Of a stretch of DNA of 64,000 bases, positions 1 to 8,331 are shown piece after piece. The DNA is from a virus, in IMG/VR virus record IMGVR_UViG_3300025121_000011, positions 261,474-325,473 of that record; one strand, written 5' to 3'. The notes under the pieces were generated by a model, which saw only the letters and a list, made by a program, of their open reading frames with translations, was not told the DNA's origin and did not search any database. Positions within the stretch are counted from its first letter, which is position 1, and every line of letters begins with the position of its first letter. Position numbers and translations under genes: made by a program.

Positions 1-379
1 CTTGCGAACTTGGCACTGGCACAATACAACCTCTTGCACCGGGAAGGATGAATGCAGTCGAGACGGTTTCTCATGGTATACCATGAGAAAAGAATCTGAA
101 AAGGGAGAGGTGCTATACATGAGTAATCACAAGGCGCTGTAACTCTAAAAAGATCTTCTCCAGAGTAAGAAAAGGACATAGGAGTCCAGAATGATTCGAA
201 AGCATAGTGTCCGTGAAGTTGTAAAGGTCGCAGAAAGCGATTTCATGACGGAAGAGGAGAGGGCATATCGAAGTGATCGGTGGAGCCGGCGAAAGGGGAA
301 GATGAAGGGGAAGGGGAAACAAGAGGATCGCGGGAAAAACCGCGATTTTGATGAAGGGGGGTATTGAGAAGAGACGGGG

Positions 380-410
380 AGGGGCACGGAAATCCGTGCC
401 CTTCCTTTTG
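380..410 (+). terminator. rho-independent terminator
   Basis: GGGGCACGGAAATCCGTGCCC hairpin plus TTCCTTTTG. Confidence 0.5.
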
Positions 411-420
411 ATATATAAGG

Positions 421-456
421 TTGGCATAGAACATGCATTAAGCAAAGACCGTGCCA
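421..456. promoter_or_regulatory. nested-palindrome element (TTGGCA ... TGCATTAAGCA ... TGCCAA)
   Basis: family member 1 of about 16; conserved 13-nt core TTGCATTAAGCAA in either orientation flanked by TGGCA/TGCCA arms. Confidence 0.5.
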
Positions 457-517
457 ACGTGTATACAGATAAGTCTAAAAATATATTCTTCGTAGTAACT
501 AATCGACGGAGGTACCA

Positions 518-889
518 ATGCGAACCATTACGCGTATGTTTCTGATCCAGGGACTGTCAACCGTTGCCGGTGTCAGTGGTTGCACGATTCTGATCTCTGA
601 GATTGCGTTCCTTGAGGGTATCGATCCGATGTCCCTGGTAATCCTGGCGATTACATCAATCGTATCTGGAGGGGCATCTATCATTCTGATCATGACGCTT
701 CCCAAGGCTTCCAAGGTAGAAAGCTCCGCATATGTGGGCGAGGATACGGATGATATTGAAACGGAGGAGATGGCCGATCCTTATGCCTACTGGGATGCCT
801 ATGGTTCCGGAACCACTTACCCGGAAGATCGGGAAGCTATCATCGGTCGCATCGGAAACAATGGAATCGTGGTACGATTCGGAAAGTAA
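518..889 (+). CDS. hypothetical small membrane protein (hydrophobic N-terminal half, acidic C-terminus)
   Basis: ATG ORF with GGAGG SD 7 nt upstream; preceded by palindrome element and promoter-like module. Confidence 0.55.
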   Translation: MRTITRMFLIQGLSTVAGVSGCTILISEIAFLEGIDPMSLVILAITSIVSGGASIILIMTLPKASKVESSAYVGEDTDDIETEEMADPYAYWDAYGSGTTYPEDREAIIGRIGNNGIVVRFGK

Positions 890-916
890 TCTCAAGGGGC
901 TTTGCCCTATTCAATG

Positions 917-952
917 TGGCATAGAACATGCATTAAGCAAAGACTGTGCCAA
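917..952. promoter_or_regulatory. nested-palindrome element
   Basis: TGGCATAGAACATGCATTAAGCAAAGACTGTGCCAA. Confidence 0.5.
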
Positions 953-1040
953 GTCAAACACCGGCGGGAATAAGTTAACTCTAAAAAGATATCTTCCGAA
1001 GTAATGAATAGGTGTAAGGAAACAAAGCAAAGAGGCTCCT

Positions 1041-1724
1041 ATGAAAAGCGCTCACCACTCAAACGAGATCATTGATGAAATGATCGCTACCCGAAGGGAA
1101 TCAAACCCGGAAGAAGTCTGGACACGAGATGTTCCCGCGATTCACCAGAATCGCATTCTCGGAAATAATGTCACCGTGGCGGCGGAAAGTGATGCGGGGC
1201 GTGGTGCTCCGGTTCTTGATCTCTATGGATTGGTTCCAATCTGTGGGGGAGCGATTACCGATGAAGTGCTGATCTCTGTCAAGAGTACGGAAGGAGCCGA
1301 TCGGATCACGGGTAGAACCTGTGTGTTCACTACGGGAACTGAGAGGCACATCAGGGCGATTCTGGCGCAACTCATGAATCCTGACGTTTCAATCCCGGTG
1401 CTTTTCGTGCACCGAAACACCACGAATGGTCAATGGGTACAGACGTCTTTCGATGCCTGCAAAGTGGTCCGGGCCTTGTATAATCTTCAGGGTGAGGGAG
1501 ATTACTGCGAAGATTCTCCTGCGAAGTGGTCGACAGGAAAGCGGGGCGTTCCAATGGTGGTTCGTGTGCGAGAGCAGATCTATAAAGATACCGTCTATTA
1601 CTATCACCAGATTCGGTTCAATATGGCTCCGCTGATCGCCATGGGTTTGGTGCCAGAATGGCGAAAGGTGAATAGCCCGACACTTGAGTTGGACGACGAC
1701 ACCGATACGATCGCGTCAATGTAG
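1041..1724 (+). CDS. hypothetical protein
   Basis: 227-aa ATG ORF, SD AGAGG upstream, promoter module upstream, terminator hairpin downstream (1741-1768). Confidence 0.55.
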   Translation: MKSAHHSNEIIDEMIATRRESNPEEVWTRDVPAIHQNRILGNNVTVAAESDAGRGAPVLDLYGLVPICGGAITDEVLISVKSTEGADRITGRTCVFTTGTERHIRAILAQLMNPDVSIPVLFVHRNTTNGQWVQTSFDACKVVRALYNLQGEGDYCEDSPAKWSTGKRGVPMVVRVREQIYKDTVYYYHQIRFNMAPLIAMGLVPEWRKVNSPTLELDDDTDTIASM

Positions 1725-1783
1725 AATGTAGGTGTAAAGAAAGCCGTCCGGATGGGCGGCTTTTCGTTATTTCATAACTAATG

Positions 1784-1819
1784 TGGTATAAGTATTGCAT
1801 TAAGCAAGTATCATGCCAA
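1784..1819. promoter_or_regulatory. nested-palindrome element (degenerate arms)
   Basis: TGGTATAAGTATTGCATTAAGCAAGTATCATGCCAA. Confidence 0.4.
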
Positions 1820-1905
1820 CGCATGCATCTGGATAACTCTAAAAATATTTTCTGTAGAGTAATAAAGAACTGTGAGTAACCATCGTCTGACATTCGGGAG
1901 GCATA

Positions 1906-2136
1906 ATGTTTGGAATCTACCGTCTGCATTCAGGCCGACCCCGGCTGCATTACCGTGGAACACTTGAACATCTACTGGTAAAGTTGTGCGCCGATTCCAT
2001 GTATGCAAATGCAGCGCCAATGACAAGAGCGCGTGCATGCGGTATCGAGGGGACGATCGATGAAGTTACCGCATTCTTTGCGGCGGGTGGGAAGCGGTGG
2101 GGTGGCGGAGCGTACTACCTTGTTCAAGAGGCTTAA
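1906..2136 (+). CDS. hypothetical small protein
   Basis: 76-aa ORF, SD GGGAGG upstream, module upstream. Confidence 0.4.
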   Translation: MFGIYRLHSGRPRLHYRGTLEHLLVKLCADSMYANAAPMTRARACGIEGTIDEVTAFFAAGGKRWGGGAYYLVQEA

Positions 2137-2190
2137 AGGGTTCATCTCCAAAAATATATCGTCTTAAGTAATAAAGGAACACAGGAGAAG

Positions 2191-2436
2191 ATGATGCTCA
2201 CTTTGCGATATTTCACCCTTCGCGGGGACAAGATCAGCGTGATCAAGGCTGTTCGGTCGTTCACAGGTTTGGGCCTCAGGGAAGTAAAAGATGCTGTCGA
2301 AGATGCGAACCCGGGAAAAGTGATGGCGGATTATGATATCTTCACCATGAAACTTTATTATCCGAAGGAGCAAGAACAAGAGATTCGTAATGTCGCCTGT
2401 ATGTTGATGGATGTAAGTTCCGTGTTTCCCCATTAG
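2191..2436 (+). CDS. ribosomal protein bL12 (L7/L12) C-terminal-domain-like protein
   Basis: KISVIKAVRSFTGLGLREVKDAVEDANPG matches the L7/L12 CTD signature (IKxVRxxTGLGLKEAKDLVE); SD AGGAGA; terminator 2452-2486. Confidence 0.55.
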   Translation: MMLTLRYFTLRGDKISVIKAVRSFTGLGLREVKDAVEDANPGKVMADYDIFTMKLYYPKEQEQEIRNVACMLMDVSSVFPH

Positions 2437-2451
2437 CGCGAAAGAAATAGG

Positions 2452-2486
2452 AAGCCCCGGCGGTTGTTTCGCCGGGGTTTTTCTGT
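2452..2486 (+). terminator. rho-independent terminator
   Basis: CCCCGGCGGTTGTTTCGCCGGGG plus TTTTTCTG. Confidence 0.6.
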
Positions 2487-2496
2487 GTATCACTCT

Positions 2497-2531
2497 TGGC
2501 ACATAACTTGCTTAATGCAAGTGTCATGCCA
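2497..2531. promoter_or_regulatory. nested-palindrome element, core inverted (TTGCTTAATGCAA)
   Basis: same arms, core in opposite orientation. Confidence 0.5.
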
Positions 2532-2557
2532 GCATATAAATAAGTATCTTATGCCGT

Positions 2558-2610
2558 GGCGGCAAAAGAATCACAATAACTCTAAAAAGATATCCTCCGG
2601 AGTAACTAAG
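2558..2610 (+). promoter_or_regulatory. conserved promoter-like module (GGCGGCAAAAG box, TTAAC/ATCAC -35-like, CTCTAAAAAGATATCC, GTAACTAAG)
   Basis: one of about 20 near-identical modules about 40-70 nt upstream of gene starts; this one heads a 520-nt ORF-free transcript. Confidence 0.5.
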
Positions 2611-3133
2611 AGTTGCCAGCACAAAACGAGTAAAAGAAGTAAACGAGGAAAAGAATAAGTACCCGCTGGTCTCTCAAATCTTAGTAACAAAAAGAGGTGC
2701 ATATGCCTGGTTGATAAGGTTCTCACCTAATGTCGTCTAAAACTTTGGTTCCTTAAGTTGAGCGCGACTTCCGAGGCATCGGAAGGAAATACCGGCAAAT
2801 AACGGTTCTATGGTCGCGCCAGGGGGCGGGCCACTAAAAGAATCGTTCGCGCTCAGTCGAGAATAAGCAGGTTAAAGATACTTTTGCGCCGCTCGACAAC
2901 CTACTTCTGTCGATGAAATAACCCGCACACCGCTTTTTACATAGCCGCAACGGAAGGGGCACACCTGTTAGCTTTGCATATCCTAATATTCCATAGGGAT
3001 ATGTGCGGGCTGGAATCAACAGGGAAGTGCGAACCCGGTCAAGGCAAAGAGACGGAAGCCTGTTAGGGTTGATAGAGAGAGATAGGAATAAGATGCCCAA
3101 GGAGACGCGCGCTCCTTGGGTTTCTTTTTGTTT
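2611..3133 (+). ncRNA. candidate ~520-nt non-coding RNA (promoter module to terminator, no ORF)
   Basis: module 2558-2610 followed by an ORF-free GC-rich stretch with many local helices and a strong terminator. Confidence 0.4.
3095..3133 (+). terminator. rho-independent terminator ending the 2611-3133 ORF-free transcript
   Basis: CCCAAGGAGACGCGCGCTCCTTGGG plus TTTCTTTTTGTTT. Confidence 0.6.
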
Positions 3134-3142
3134 AAAAGTAGT

Positions 3143-3179
3143 TTGGCATGAGACTTGCATTAAGCAAAGGCCATGCCAA
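3143..3179. promoter_or_regulatory. nested-palindrome element (8-bp outer arms TTGGCATG/CATGCCAA)
   Basis: TTGGCATGAGACTTGCATTAAGCAAAGGCCATGCCAA. Confidence 0.55.
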
Positions 3180-3216
3180 TGTATATGCGTATGACTAATG
3201 AATGGATAGATATTGT

Positions 3217-3269
3217 GGCGGCAAAAGAATCACAATAACTCTAAAAAGATATCCTCTGGAGTAACTAAG
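3217..3269 (+). promoter_or_regulatory. conserved promoter-like module
   Basis: GGCGGCAAAAGAATCACAATAACTCTAAAAAGATATCCTCTGGAGTAACTAAGG. Confidence 0.5.
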
Positions 3270-3304
3270 GACTGTAAGAACCCTAACCACCAACGAGGTA
3301 CCTC

Positions 3305-3793
3305 ATGCGCCCTATCAAGCTTTCTCGAATCGTCATTCGCAGTGCCACCGTCGTTCGCTCTTGGCTTGAACGATGGAACGATTCCGCCCGTTCCATCTGG
3401 GAAGCTCAGGTTCCTGAGGGCCTTCCTCCGCTGGTTGTTTGCGAGGTTACCGTTCCGGGGGCATCGAAGGATGATGCGGAGAACCCCAATAAGGGGAATG
3501 TGGTAATGCTGGTCCCGACGGAAGAAGTGGACGACATGATGGAGGAGTTGCTTTTGCAGGCCAACGAGGGTCGACCGGCCACGGCGGCGGAGGTTGTCCG
3601 GAAGACGGCCACTTGGATCGATATTGGAACCGAAGACGCACCGAATCTGATTTTTTCGTTCAAGGTTTCTGAGGCTCCTGGCAGTCGAACAATCAAGGTT
3701 GCCGAGAGTGATCTTCCCCTGTTCCTTACCGGTCTCAATCTGAGGTTCAAGTCGTTGATTGTCCAGTGGAATGACGCCCATCCGGACAAGTAG
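3305..3793 (+). CDS. hypothetical protein
   Basis: 162-aa ORF after module 3217-3269; terminator hairpin 3815-3843; overlapping minus ORFs look like GC-rich shadow frames. Confidence 0.55.
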   Translation: MRPIKLSRIVIRSATVVRSWLERWNDSARSIWEAQVPEGLPPLVVCEVTVPGASKDDAENPNKGNVVMLVPTEEVDDMMEELLLQANEGRPATAAEVVRKTATWIDIGTEDAPNLIFSFKVSEAPGSRTIKVAESDLPLFLTGLNLRFKSLIVQWNDAHPDK

Positions 3794-3814
3794 AGAAAGA
3801 AAGAAAGAAAGGAG

Positions 3815-3843
3815 GGAAGGGGCGCATGCGCCCCTTCCCTTTA
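3815..3843 (+). terminator. rho-independent terminator
   Basis: GGAAGGGGCGCATGCGCCCCTTCC plus CTTT. Confidence 0.55.
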
Positions 3844-3898
3844 AACCTGTAGAATGAAGGGCGGATATATCCGTCCTTTTCGTGTATCTTTATTTTAG

Positions 3899-3935
3899 TT
3901 GGTATGGTTCTTGCATTAAGCATATATCATGCCAA
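3899..3935. promoter_or_regulatory. nested-palindrome element
   Basis: core variant GCATTAAGCAT. Confidence 0.45.
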
Positions 3936-3967
3936 CGCATATTATGTTAACACATACACATACCCAT

Positions 3968-4020
3968 GGCGGCAAAAGATTTGCAGTATCTCTAAAAAGA
4001 TATCTGCTGTAGTAACTAAG
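3968..4020 (+). promoter_or_regulatory. conserved promoter-like module
   Basis: GGCGGCAAAAGATTTGCAGTATCTCTAAAAAGATATCTGCTGTAGTAACTAAGG. Confidence 0.5.
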
Positions 4021-4043
4021 GGCTGTGAGAAACCACTAACAGA

Positions 4044-4085
4044 GTTACCCAACAGAGTTACCCAACAGAGTTACCCAACAGAGTG
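4044..4085 (+). repeat. 3x tandem 13-bp direct repeat CAGAGTTACCCAA
   Basis: three perfect copies immediately upstream of the acidic-protein gene RBS. Confidence 0.7.
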
Positions 4086-4093
4086 AGGTTCTT

Positions 4094-4318
4094 ATGGCTT
4101 TTTCTTTTGATGAATACAATAATCGTCCTTATACTTTCATCGCGGATCAAGATGAAGTAGATGACGATTGGTCAGACGACGATGATGATTGGAGCGAACC
4201 CTCTGAAAATGATATGTGGGAATCGTTCCCTGATGATGATGACGACTACACGACGAATGACCCTGACAACGACTATTACATAGAACCCGACTACACGGAA
4301 TCCAATAAGGACTACTGA
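4094..4318 (+). CDS. highly acidic small protein (D/E/W-rich), possible DNA-mimic-type protein
   Basis: 74 aa, about 40% Asp/Glu (DDDWSDDDDDWSEPSENDMWESFPDDDDDY); follows module 3968-4020 and a 3x 13-bp tandem repeat. Confidence 0.5.
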   Translation: MAFSFDEYNNRPYTFIADQDEVDDDWSDDDDDWSEPSENDMWESFPDDDDDYTTNDPDNDYYIEPDYTESNKDY

Positions 4319-4770
4319 TAAGGAATACTGAGGGATTGGACATCATTGGAGCGAGATGTCATGATGGTTCGCTCTACCCATGCCCCTTAAGTGGGTGTTA
4401 CCAACAAGGAGTTAGGAATGTATAAGAATAAGAATAAGAATAACTCTGGACGGGATTTATCCTGTTCACCAGCAGGATAAGCTGCTGGGAGCAAAGTAGG
4501 CCGTGAGAGCTTTGGATACCTTCTGTCTGACAGCAGAGGGCAAACGAAAAAGCAAGCCGAAAAGCTTGGTGTGAGGGATGCGAAGACAGAGACCTGTCAG
4601 GTCTGGTCGTTCACCTAAAACCCTCCCTTGGTCCGCCGTGTGTGCAGATTAACTTAAGAATGCGTGTCCGGATACGCAAACTGAGACACTGATGCGCACA
4701 TAGGGTAAGCGGGCCTATTTTAGTAACTAAAACGGAGAAAGTTAAAACAAAAAAGGAAATAAGCGATTCT

Positions 4771-4862
4771 GCCCTGGGTCTGATACAGTGGGGTTCGTCA
4801 CTTAGAAGGTTCATAACCTCTTGGACGACAACGACTGCCAGACCCAGGGCGTTTCATTGTTT
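4771..4862 (+). terminator. long-stem terminator-like hairpin
   Basis: GCCCTGGGTCTG ... CAGACCCAGGGC enclosing about 50 nt, followed by GTTTCATTGTTT. Confidence 0.45.
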
Positions 4863-4872
4863 AAAGATTACT

Positions 4873-4908
4873 TGGCATGAGACTTGCATTAAGCAAATGT
4901 CATGCCAA
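4873..4908. promoter_or_regulatory. nested-palindrome element
   Basis: TTGGCATGAGACTTGCATTAAGCAAATGTCATGCCAA. Confidence 0.55.
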
Positions 4909-4933
4909 CGCACGTATAAGCATTTTATACTCT

Positions 4934-4985
4934 GGCGGCAAAAGAATAACATCATCTTTAAAAATATATTCTTTGTAGTAACTAA
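4934..4985 (+). promoter_or_regulatory. conserved promoter-like module
   Basis: GGCGGCAAAAGAATAACATCATCTTTAAAAATATATTCTTTGTAGTAACTAA. Confidence 0.5.
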
Positions 4986-5004
4986 CATCTGAAAGGAGGC
5001 TGAG

Positions 5005-5877
5005 ATGGCAATGATTTCCAAAGATGAAATGCTTGCGCGAGTAGTTGACCCTATTCTTGAGGCAATGAAAGAGGGAAAGCTGCTATGGCTTCAAGGATGG
5101 AATGTGGGTGCGGGTGCGGGTCTCCCTTATAACCCGACCAAAGCATCTAATAAGCAAGCGTATCGAGGTGCGGTCAATAACATCTTGATGTGGTTTGCGT
5201 CCGCTGCTAATGGTTGGGGCGACCCTCGTTGGATGGGTTTTGCTCAAGCGAAAACAAAAGGATGGCGAGTTCGGAAGGGGGAGGAGTCGACCCAAATCTA
5301 TGCTCCAATCATGGGTTCGTATCCGATTGAAGAGAACGGCCAAAAGGTTTGGAGAAAATATGTCAAGGGCTTCAACCCTGTTCATGTTTTCAATGCCCAA
5401 CAGGTGGATGGAATCCCCGCGATTGAAAAGGCTGGAACCTTGGATGTCTCCACCGGATATGCTGCCGCAGAGGACATGTATAAGGCTATGAACGTGCAAA
5501 CGATTCATGGCGGTAATGTGGCTGCATATGCATATCAGGTTGACATCATTAGGATGCCGGAACCAGAAATGTTTGTGGGCGCAGATGAATACCACGCTAC
5601 GCGCTTGCATGAAATGGGGCATGCGACGGGGCACCCGTCTCGCATGGATAGAAGGATGTTCGGAACAGGGTTACAGGATTACGCTCAGGAAGAGCTTGTA
5701 GCGGAGTTGTTTGCTGCTTTCGCATGTGCAGACATTGGCGTATCCAAAGCTGAAATGACGCAGAATCATGCAGCATACCTCAAAAGCTGGCATGAGCGTC
5801 TAAGCAGGGAACCAAAAGCATTCATAGATGCCGTATCGGCAGCATGGGAAGCTTTTGAGTTTGTTCGAAAACTGTGA
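5005..5877 (+). CDS. ardC: ArdC-like antirestriction protein (ArdC N-domain plus zincin HExxH domain)
   Basis: N-terminal PYNPTKASNKQAYRGAVNNILMW matches the ArdC-N pattern (P.N..TG..YRG.N...L); C-terminal HEMGHATGH zinc-metalloprotease motif. Confidence 0.7.
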   Translation: MAMISKDEMLARVVDPILEAMKEGKLLWLQGWNVGAGAGLPYNPTKASNKQAYRGAVNNILMWFASAANGWGDPRWMGFAQAKTKGWRVRKGEESTQIYAPIMGSYPIEENGQKVWRKYVKGFNPVHVFNAQQVDGIPAIEKAGTLDVSTGYAAAEDMYKAMNVQTIHGGNVAAYAYQVDIIRMPEPEMFVGADEYHATRLHEMGHATGHPSRMDRRMFGTGLQDYAQEELVAELFAAFACADIGVSKAEMTQNHAAYLKSWHERLSREPKAFIDAVSAAWEAFEFVRKL

Positions 5878-6043
5878 TAGAGATTAATCTGGCAAAGAAG
5901 AGACAAGCGAAGAAGCTTGTTTCTTGCGTGAGATATTTGCATATGCACGCTTTGGAGTTGGTTCTTTTGTTTTTGGTGATAATTGTTTCGATACTGTTTG
6001 TTATCACCAGTTTTTAATAAAATAACGAGGTGCAGGGTTTGAG

Positions 6044-6080
6044 TTGGCACAGTTTTTGCTTAATGCAGTTATCGTGCCAA
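6044..6080. promoter_or_regulatory. nested-palindrome element (inverted core)
   Basis: TTGGCACAGTTTTTGCTTAATGCAGTTATCGTGCCAA; identical copies at 6662 and 7707. Confidence 0.55.
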
Positions 6081-6172
6081 TGCATACACACTAGTTTACT
6101 CTAAACTAGTTTACTCTAAAAAGATATCCTCTGGAGTAACTAATGATTGTAATCCGCTAAGGAGGTGTTTTA

Positions 6173-6607
6173 ATGGCAAAGTTTCTGATCGACTTCCGTG
6201 ATCCACCGAACTCCCTGGTCAAGTGTGTCAAGGCTCTTAAGAAGATTTCCGGAATGAGTTATAGGAGAGCAAAGGACGCCGCGATACTTACTGATCCGAT
6301 CGTTGTGGAGATTCCGATGTTCTCCGAGAACAACGAAATCTCCCAAGGGATGATTAGGACTTGGTTTGCAGAGGAAATCGGTTGGACTATCATGGTTGGA
6401 AGTCCCAAAATGCTTCCCGACCGAACAGGACTCTTCACAATGCACTTTCGGAACGGATCCCGGATGGATTCGGTAAGGATTGAAGTGTTCGAGTTGGTGA
6501 ACGATGGTAGTAGACCTGAGATTGATCGTTATTTCTTTTCCTATAAGGGAGATAGCCGTATGCAGAGCTTTTACAGCACGACCGATGACCACTATCTGAC
6601 GGATTGA
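6173..6607 (+). CDS. hypothetical protein
   Basis: 144-aa ATG ORF, SD AAGGAGG, module upstream, terminator 6616-6650. Confidence 0.55.
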   Translation: MAKFLIDFRDPPNSLVKCVKALKKISGMSYRRAKDAAILTDPIVVEIPMFSENNEISQGMIRTWFAEEIGWTIMVGSPKMLPDRTGLFTMHFRNGSRMDSVRIEVFELVNDGSRPEIDRYFFSYKGDSRMQSFYSTTDDHYLTD

Positions 6608-6615
6608 TACCCGGA

Positions 6616-6650
6616 AGAGCGGGGGCGCTTTGCGCCCCCTGCTCTTGTTT
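6616..6650 (+). terminator. rho-independent terminator
   Basis: AGAGCGGGGGCGCTTTGCGCCCCCTGCTCT plus TGTTT. Confidence 0.6.
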
Positions 6651-6661
6651 ATGTATCTGAG

Positions 6662-6698
6662 TTGGCACAGTTTTTGCTTAATGCAGTTATCGTGCCAA
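6662..6698. promoter_or_regulatory. nested-palindrome element (inverted core)
   Basis: identical to the 6044 copy. Confidence 0.55.
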
Positions 6699-6708
6699 CG
6701 CATATATA

Positions 6709-6760
6709 GGCGGCAAAAGATTAACAGCATCTTTAAAAATATATTCTTTCGAGTAACTAA
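6709..6760 (+). promoter_or_regulatory. conserved promoter-like module
   Basis: GGCGGCAAAAGATTAACAGCATCTTTAAAAATATATTCTTTCGAGTAACTAA. Confidence 0.5.
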
Positions 6761-6777
6761 TAGTTGAAAGGTAAATA

Positions 6778-7647
6778 GTGTGGTGTTCAACAACAGAAAC
6801 CTTTTTGAATATACTAAGGTGTGAAGATTTAAGGATGGATAACCTCAATAGGAGTAACTCAATGTCCAGTTCGTCTTTCGTCACGCTTATGTCTGTTGTT
6901 ATCGACCCCGCTGATCTACCTGCCCTTTTTACCGAGTTGGAGGACACTGCTGATCGTGTATGGTTGTCCCGGACCTGTGTTTGTGACCGATACACAATTA
7001 GGGGCGTGCCAGCAAGGAGGGTCGATGTTGTAATCGAGAACCGTTTGTCGACGACTAACCTTGCTGAGATTGATCCTTGCGAACGAATTGTAATGTCGGT
7101 CGTGGAAAAGGCCGGGCGCTTCGATGGTGCCATTCGTTGGCGTCTGACAGTTCGTGTCGTGCGTAGCATGGACCTTGTGATCCGCGGTGCCGATGGGTGC
7201 GTAATCAATCCGATTCCCGGTGGCCGTCTTGATGTTGAGTTGACATCAAATGGTAAGTATGGGAGTGTTCGCGTGACTCTATCTGACGGTACCGGCATTC
7301 GGTGGGATCAGAGTTTCGTTCGTCTTCGCTCTGACCTCGGTGATTACAGTCCTGCTCGGCTTGTGATGTGGCATGCCAGGAGATACTATGGTTTTCTTTT
7401 AGCCTCTGATGAGGGCTATCAGGAAGTGGTTGCCCTTGCTGATTCTTGGAAGATTCCAGGAGAGGCGTCCACACTTGCGGAAGCGAATCGGGCTGCATCT
7501 CGTGAACTGTACCGTCTTGCCCGTAATGGTGGATGGCGAAAGCTTACACTTAGGGAACGGACAAAGCTCGGTCTTTATGGTGAGGCACAGTGGATTCCTG
7601 AGAAGATCTATGCCCGCGCGCAGATGGAACATCGGATGGTAAGATAG
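6778..7647 (+). CDS. hypothetical protein (start uncertain: GTG 6778, alternative ATG 6835 or 6861)
   Basis: long ORF after module 6709-6760; ATG 6861 has the best SD (TAGGAG); terminator 7664-7696. Confidence 0.5.
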   Translation: MWCSTTETFLNILRCEDLRMDNLNRSNSMSSSSFVTLMSVVIDPADLPALFTELEDTADRVWLSRTCVCDRYTIRGVPARRVDVVIENRLSTTNLAEIDPCERIVMSVVEKAGRFDGAIRWRLTVRVVRSMDLVIRGADGCVINPIPGGRLDVELTSNGKYGSVRVTLSDGTGIRWDQSFVRLRSDLGDYSPARLVMWHARRYYGFLLASDEGYQEVVALADSWKIPGEASTLAEANRAASRELYRLARNGGWRKLTLRERTKLGLYGEAQWIPEKIYARAQMEHRMVR

Positions 7648-7706
7648 CGGTAAAAGAGCAGGGAAGAAACGGGCCTCTTCCGGCCTGTTTCATTTATATG
7701 TCCATG

Positions 7707-7743
7707 TTGGCACAGTTTTTGCTTAATGCAGTTATCGTGCCAA
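7707..7743. promoter_or_regulatory. nested-palindrome element (inverted core)
   Basis: identical to the 6044 copy. Confidence 0.55.
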
Positions 7744-7753
7744 TGCATACACA

Positions 7754-7806
7754 GGCGGCAAAAGATTAACAGCATCTTTAAAAATATATTCTTTCGAGTA
7801 ATATAA
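7754..7806 (+). promoter_or_regulatory. conserved promoter-like module
   Basis: identical core to the 6709 copy. Confidence 0.5.
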
Positions 7807-7843
7807 GTCTGTAAGCATCTACACACTCAAGGGGAGAATACTG

Positions 7844-8032
7844 ATGAAATACTCTGTCTACTCCAGATCAGCGAGGTGGTGGAATGGCAAAAAGTGGGTA
7901 ACCACTATGGAGGCGCTTAGCTTGCCGAAGAATGGTCAACTTTCTTCTGAGCGAGTATTTAAGACGCAAAAAGCGGCTCTTGCTGCGATCACATGTGAAG
8001 ATCTTGATATTAGGATTACCAACCAAGGATAA
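7844..8032 (+). CDS. hypothetical small protein
   Basis: 62-aa ORF, SD GGGGAGA, module upstream. Confidence 0.4.
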   Translation: MKYSVYSRSARWWNGKKWVTTMEALSLPKNGQLSSERVFKTQKAALAAITCEDLDIRITNQG

Positions 8033-8034
8033 AC

Positions 8035-8235
8035 ATGCCCACACACACCACCTGCATAGAACTGATTCGTCGTCCGCATGAAGTGAATGTTCGTCCATGT
8101 GGTGGAACGATGCGAGAGTCGAGTGCGATGATTCCAATCTATGCATCAAATCATAGAGGACATTGTATGCGACCAATCACATACAAACGAAAGACTGTAT
8201 GGAAGTGTGTTCGATGTGGTCATAGTATCGGATGA
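8035..8235 (+). CDS. small Cys-rich (zinc-ribbon-like) protein
   Basis: 66 aa with CxxC...CxxC spacing (CIEL...PCGG...CVRCGH). Confidence 0.4.
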   Translation: MPTHTTCIELIRRPHEVNVRPCGGTMRESSAMIPIYASNHRGHCMRPITYKRKTVWKCVRCGHSIG

Positions 8236-8245
8236 TTCGCCGAAA

Positions 8246-8299
8246 GGCGGCAAAAAGTTAACTTCTCCTCTAAAAATATATTTTCCAAAGTAACTAAGG
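8246..8299 (+). promoter_or_regulatory. conserved promoter-like module
   Basis: GGCGGCAAAAAGTTAACTTCTCCTCTAAAAATATATTTTCCAAAGTAACTAAGGG. Confidence 0.5.
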
Positions 8300-8331
8300 G
8301 CTGTAAGAAATCTTCAAACAGAGGGGCACAC

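Noticed and set aside
113-7500. Many minus-strand ORFs of 60-200 aa in the GC-rich first half (for example 3230-3781, 6170-6793, 6687-7298, 18486-19010)
   Set aside because: They overlap SD-supported plus-strand genes, have no RBS or promoter module and several run through the conserved modules. They are typical shadow frames of 50% GC DNA.
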